Of a stretch of DNA of 64,000 nt, positions 62,627-64,000 are shown piece by piece. The stretch spans positions 29,549-93,548 of the forward strand of contig JADGBR010000003.1 of NCBI GenBank assembly GCA_015231405.1, read 5' to 3'. Numbering within the stretch: the first letter of the stretch is position 1; each line of letters opens with the position of its first letter. Origin of the DNA: Candidatus Omnitrophota bacterium (lineage in GTDB: Bacteria; Omnitrophota; Gorgyraeia; Tantalellales; Tantalellaceae). Made by a program: the position numbers and the translations under genes. Under the pieces are notes generated by a model. That model had not been told where the DNA came from. It did not search any database and saw nothing but the letters and a program-made list of their open reading frames with translations.

Positions 62627-63064
62627 ATGGACCGATATATGAAAGACGCGATCGAGGAAGCCAGGAGAGGGCTGGATGAGGGCGGGATACCTATCGGGTC
62701 GGTCATCGTTCATAGGGGCAAGGTGATCGGGCGTGGGCATAACAGGCGTGTCCAGAAGGGGAGCGTGGTGCTCCATGGGGAGATGGACGCACTGGAGAAC
62801 GCCGGGCGCCTTCCGGCTTCGGTATATAAAGAGTGCGTTCTTTACACTACTCTTTCGCCCTGTCCCATGTGCTCGGGGGCGATACTCCTTTACGGTATAC
62901 CGCATGTAGTTATAGGAGAGAACAAAACTTTTTTGGGAGAGGAGGAGCTGCTCCGCTCGCGCGGCGTCAAGGTCGAGGTTCTCGGGGATGCCTCATGCAT
63001 AACGCTTATGGAAGATTTTATTAAGAATAAGCCCCAACTCTGGAATGAGGATATCGGCGTATGA
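62627..63064 (+). CDS. Cytosine/nucleoside deaminase of the CMP/dCMP-deaminase zinc-binding family (yeast FCY1-like), 145 aa.
   Basis: VLHGEMDALENAGRL matches the HAE/CAE zinc motif, and TTLSPCPMCSGAILLYGIPHVVIGEN matches PCxxC. The whole sequence aligns closely by eye with yeast Fcy1 (IGRGHNxRxQKGSxxLHGEIS...TLSPCDMCTGAI). The start at 62627 is preferred, with gggag 10 nt upstream. Confidence 0.75.
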   Translation: MDRYMKDAIEEARRGLDEGGIPIGSVIVHRGKVIGRGHNRRVQKGSVVLHGEMDALENAGRLPASVYKECVLYTTLSPCPMCSGAILLYGIPHVVIGENKTFLGEEELLRSRGVKVEVLGDASCITLMEDFIKNKPQLWNEDIGV

Positions 63065-63273
63065 TGGATTTCAGCCCGGCGAAGATACTGGCCTGCACGA
63101 TCTTCAGCGGAATAGGGTTTGCGGTATTTATTTACGGAAAAAAAGAGAAAGCCATCCCTCCTGCTGTCATAGGCGCGGCTTTAATGGCGTATTCTTATTT
63201 TATCTCCGAGACCCTTTATCTTTATCTCATCGGTATAGCCCTTATCGGGGTGTTATTTATCTGGAGGGATTAG
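63061..63273 (+). CDS. Small two-TM membrane protein (70 aa).
   Basis: The ATGA start/stop overlaps the deaminase. Two hydrophobic helices are ILACTIFSGIGFAVFIY and LYLYLIGIALIGVLFIW. Confidence 0.5.
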   Translation: MMDFSPAKILACTIFSGIGFAVFIYGKKEKAIPPAVIGAALMAYSYFISETLYLYLIGIALIGVLFIWRD

Positions 63274-63390
63274 GGAATGCGCTATGAAGGAACTTTTTCT
63301 GGTGTCCGGGGGTTTAATATATCGGAGGAGATATATCATCGTAAAATCCCGTTTCCATGTTTTGTCAGTCTCCATAAGCGAGGAGGGAAA

Positions 63391-63999
63391 ATGAAGAGTA
63401 AGAGCGGGCTTGTTATTGTCGCCGGGGTAATAGTCGTCCTGATACTTTCCGGTTGCGCCACTTGTCGTATGGCGGAACCGTCCATCGCGGAGTTGAACGC
63501 TGTCAGCCAATTCAAGAAGAAGCTGGCGGTCATAGGCATAAGCGATGACGCTTCTCAGATAAAAGGGGTCGGGGATATCGCTATTACGAACGTCGAATCG
63601 CTTCTCTTCAGGCAGTTCACCTTACTTGAGCGGACCCGGATAAATTCTGTCATCGCCGAGCGGGATTTTATGATTTCGGAGGACCCCCGTAAGGCTGTGG
63701 AGCTGGGGAAGATGCTGGGCGTAGATTACCTGGTATTCGGAACAGCGGCCGCGTCGATATCCGAGCCGCGGGTAAGTCAATCCTCGAATACCGACAGTAA
63801 AGGGAAGTTCGCGGGTTCTATACTTAAACAGCAGACGGTCCAAAGCGTGATCACGCTTAAGATAGTGGACGTGGCAACGGGACTAGTCGTGTTCTCGGAC
63901 AAGCGCGGCGCCAATTTTACGCAAGATATCTACAGCCAGAGCTTTGAGGATCAGAACGCGTTCAACGAGGCGGTAAAGACCGCGTATCTTGTCAGCAAT
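63391..63999 (+). CDS. CsgG-family lipoprotein, 3'-partial (it continues beyond the window).
   Basis: SD aggaggg lies 4 nt upstream. The signal and lipobox are VIVVLILSGC. LAVIGISDDA...RTRINSVIAERDFMISEDPRKAVELGKMLGVDYLVFGT matches the CsgG N-terminal pattern. Confidence 0.7.
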   Translation, partial: MKSKSGLVIVAGVIVVLILSGCATCRMAEPSIAELNAVSQFKKKLAVIGISDDASQIKGVGDIAITNVESLLFRQFTLLERTRINSVIAERDFMISEDPRKAVELGKMLGVDYLVFGTAAASISEPRVSQSSNTDSKGKFAGSILKQQTVQSVITLKIVDVATGLVVFSDKRGANFTQDIYSQSFEDQNAFNEAVKTAYLVSN

Positions 64000-64000
64000 A

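Noticed and set aside
63045-63287. 80-aa ORF in an alternative frame overlapping the two-TM micro-protein.
   Set aside because: The competing frame (63061-63273) has a clean ATGA coupling to the deaminase and two clear TM helices. This frame gives an Arg/Cys/His-rich peptide that is not protein-like.
39-63843. Dozens of minus-strand ORFs of 60-240 aa nested inside the giant + strand genes (for example 5823-6353, 12728-13456, 15308-16039, 36167-36856, 57656-58282).
   Set aside because: All are antisense to long, motif-rich + strand reading frames. They have Ser/Pro/Arg-rich low-complexity translations typical of the reverse frame of Lys/Glu/Asp-rich coding DNA, with no independent SD or motifs.
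1-64000. Search for CRISPR arrays, rRNA, tRNA, tmRNA, RNase P and transposase/integrase genes.
   Set aside because: I found no regularly spaced direct repeats with spacers, no cloverleaf-like segments in the few intergenic regions, and none of the conserved RNase P, tmRNA or SRP blocks I can recall. I also found no DDE or tyrosine-recombinase motifs. Their absence is by eye only.

Overview
The window is gene-dense and almost entirely coding on the + strand, with about 50% GC by eye. Four tandem giant genes dominate it. The first is a 5'-truncated ORF of at least 3881 aa (3..11648). The others encode 3265 aa (11664..21461), 6951 aa from a single 20.9-kb ORF (22010..42865), and 2973 aa (53013..61934). 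Each giant protein is a mosaic of recognisable domains. The first carries adenosine-deaminase-like, two ROK/ASKHA sugar-kinase-like, type-I phosphomannose-isomerase, APH-type kinase-like and uridine-kinase-like P-loop modules. The second has a signal peptide, a polytopic membrane block, a phosphotransacetylase-like domain and three GNAT domains. The third has a signal peptide, two HExxH motifs, a Gly/Lys-rich disordered linker, a VWA domain, two AAA_5 (MoxR/midasin-type) ATPase modules and a roughly 3300-aa NHL-type beta-propeller array with large internal duplications. The fourth has a signal peptide, recently duplicated modules, Asp-rich DxDGD calcium-binding repeats and dockerin-like EF-hands. 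This architecture, together with Lys/Glu-rich proteins and weak Shine-Dalgarno usage, fits what is established for giant-gene loci of Candidatus Omnitrophota; that lineage assignment is inference only. A compact AT-rich accessory island lies between the giant genes at about 46.2-52.7 kb. It encodes two tiny proteins (AbrB-like and zinc-ribbon), a Cas4-like PD-(D/E)XK nuclease fused to a DEDD-like exonuclease (DUF2779-like), a CxxC coiled-coil PD-(D/E)XK protein (DUF2130-like), a zinc-ribbon protein and a 734-aa Rossmann/methyltransferase-like protein. I regard this island as the best candidate in the window for an undescribed, nuclease-based (defence-like) system. Other features are a 55-aa 2x[4Fe-4S] ferredoxin missed by the ORF track (minus strand, 21558..21725), a perfect 24-bp inverted repeat in the divergent ferredoxin/giant-gene promoter region, and a GC-rich terminator hairpin after the last giant gene. 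Further features are a 640-nt non-coding stretch with nested helices, a CBS-pair gene, a NUDIX hydrolase gene, an FCY1-type cytosine deaminase gene, a small two-TM protein gene and a 3'-truncated CsgG-like lipoprotein gene. I found no rRNA, tRNA, CRISPR array or recognisable transposase.
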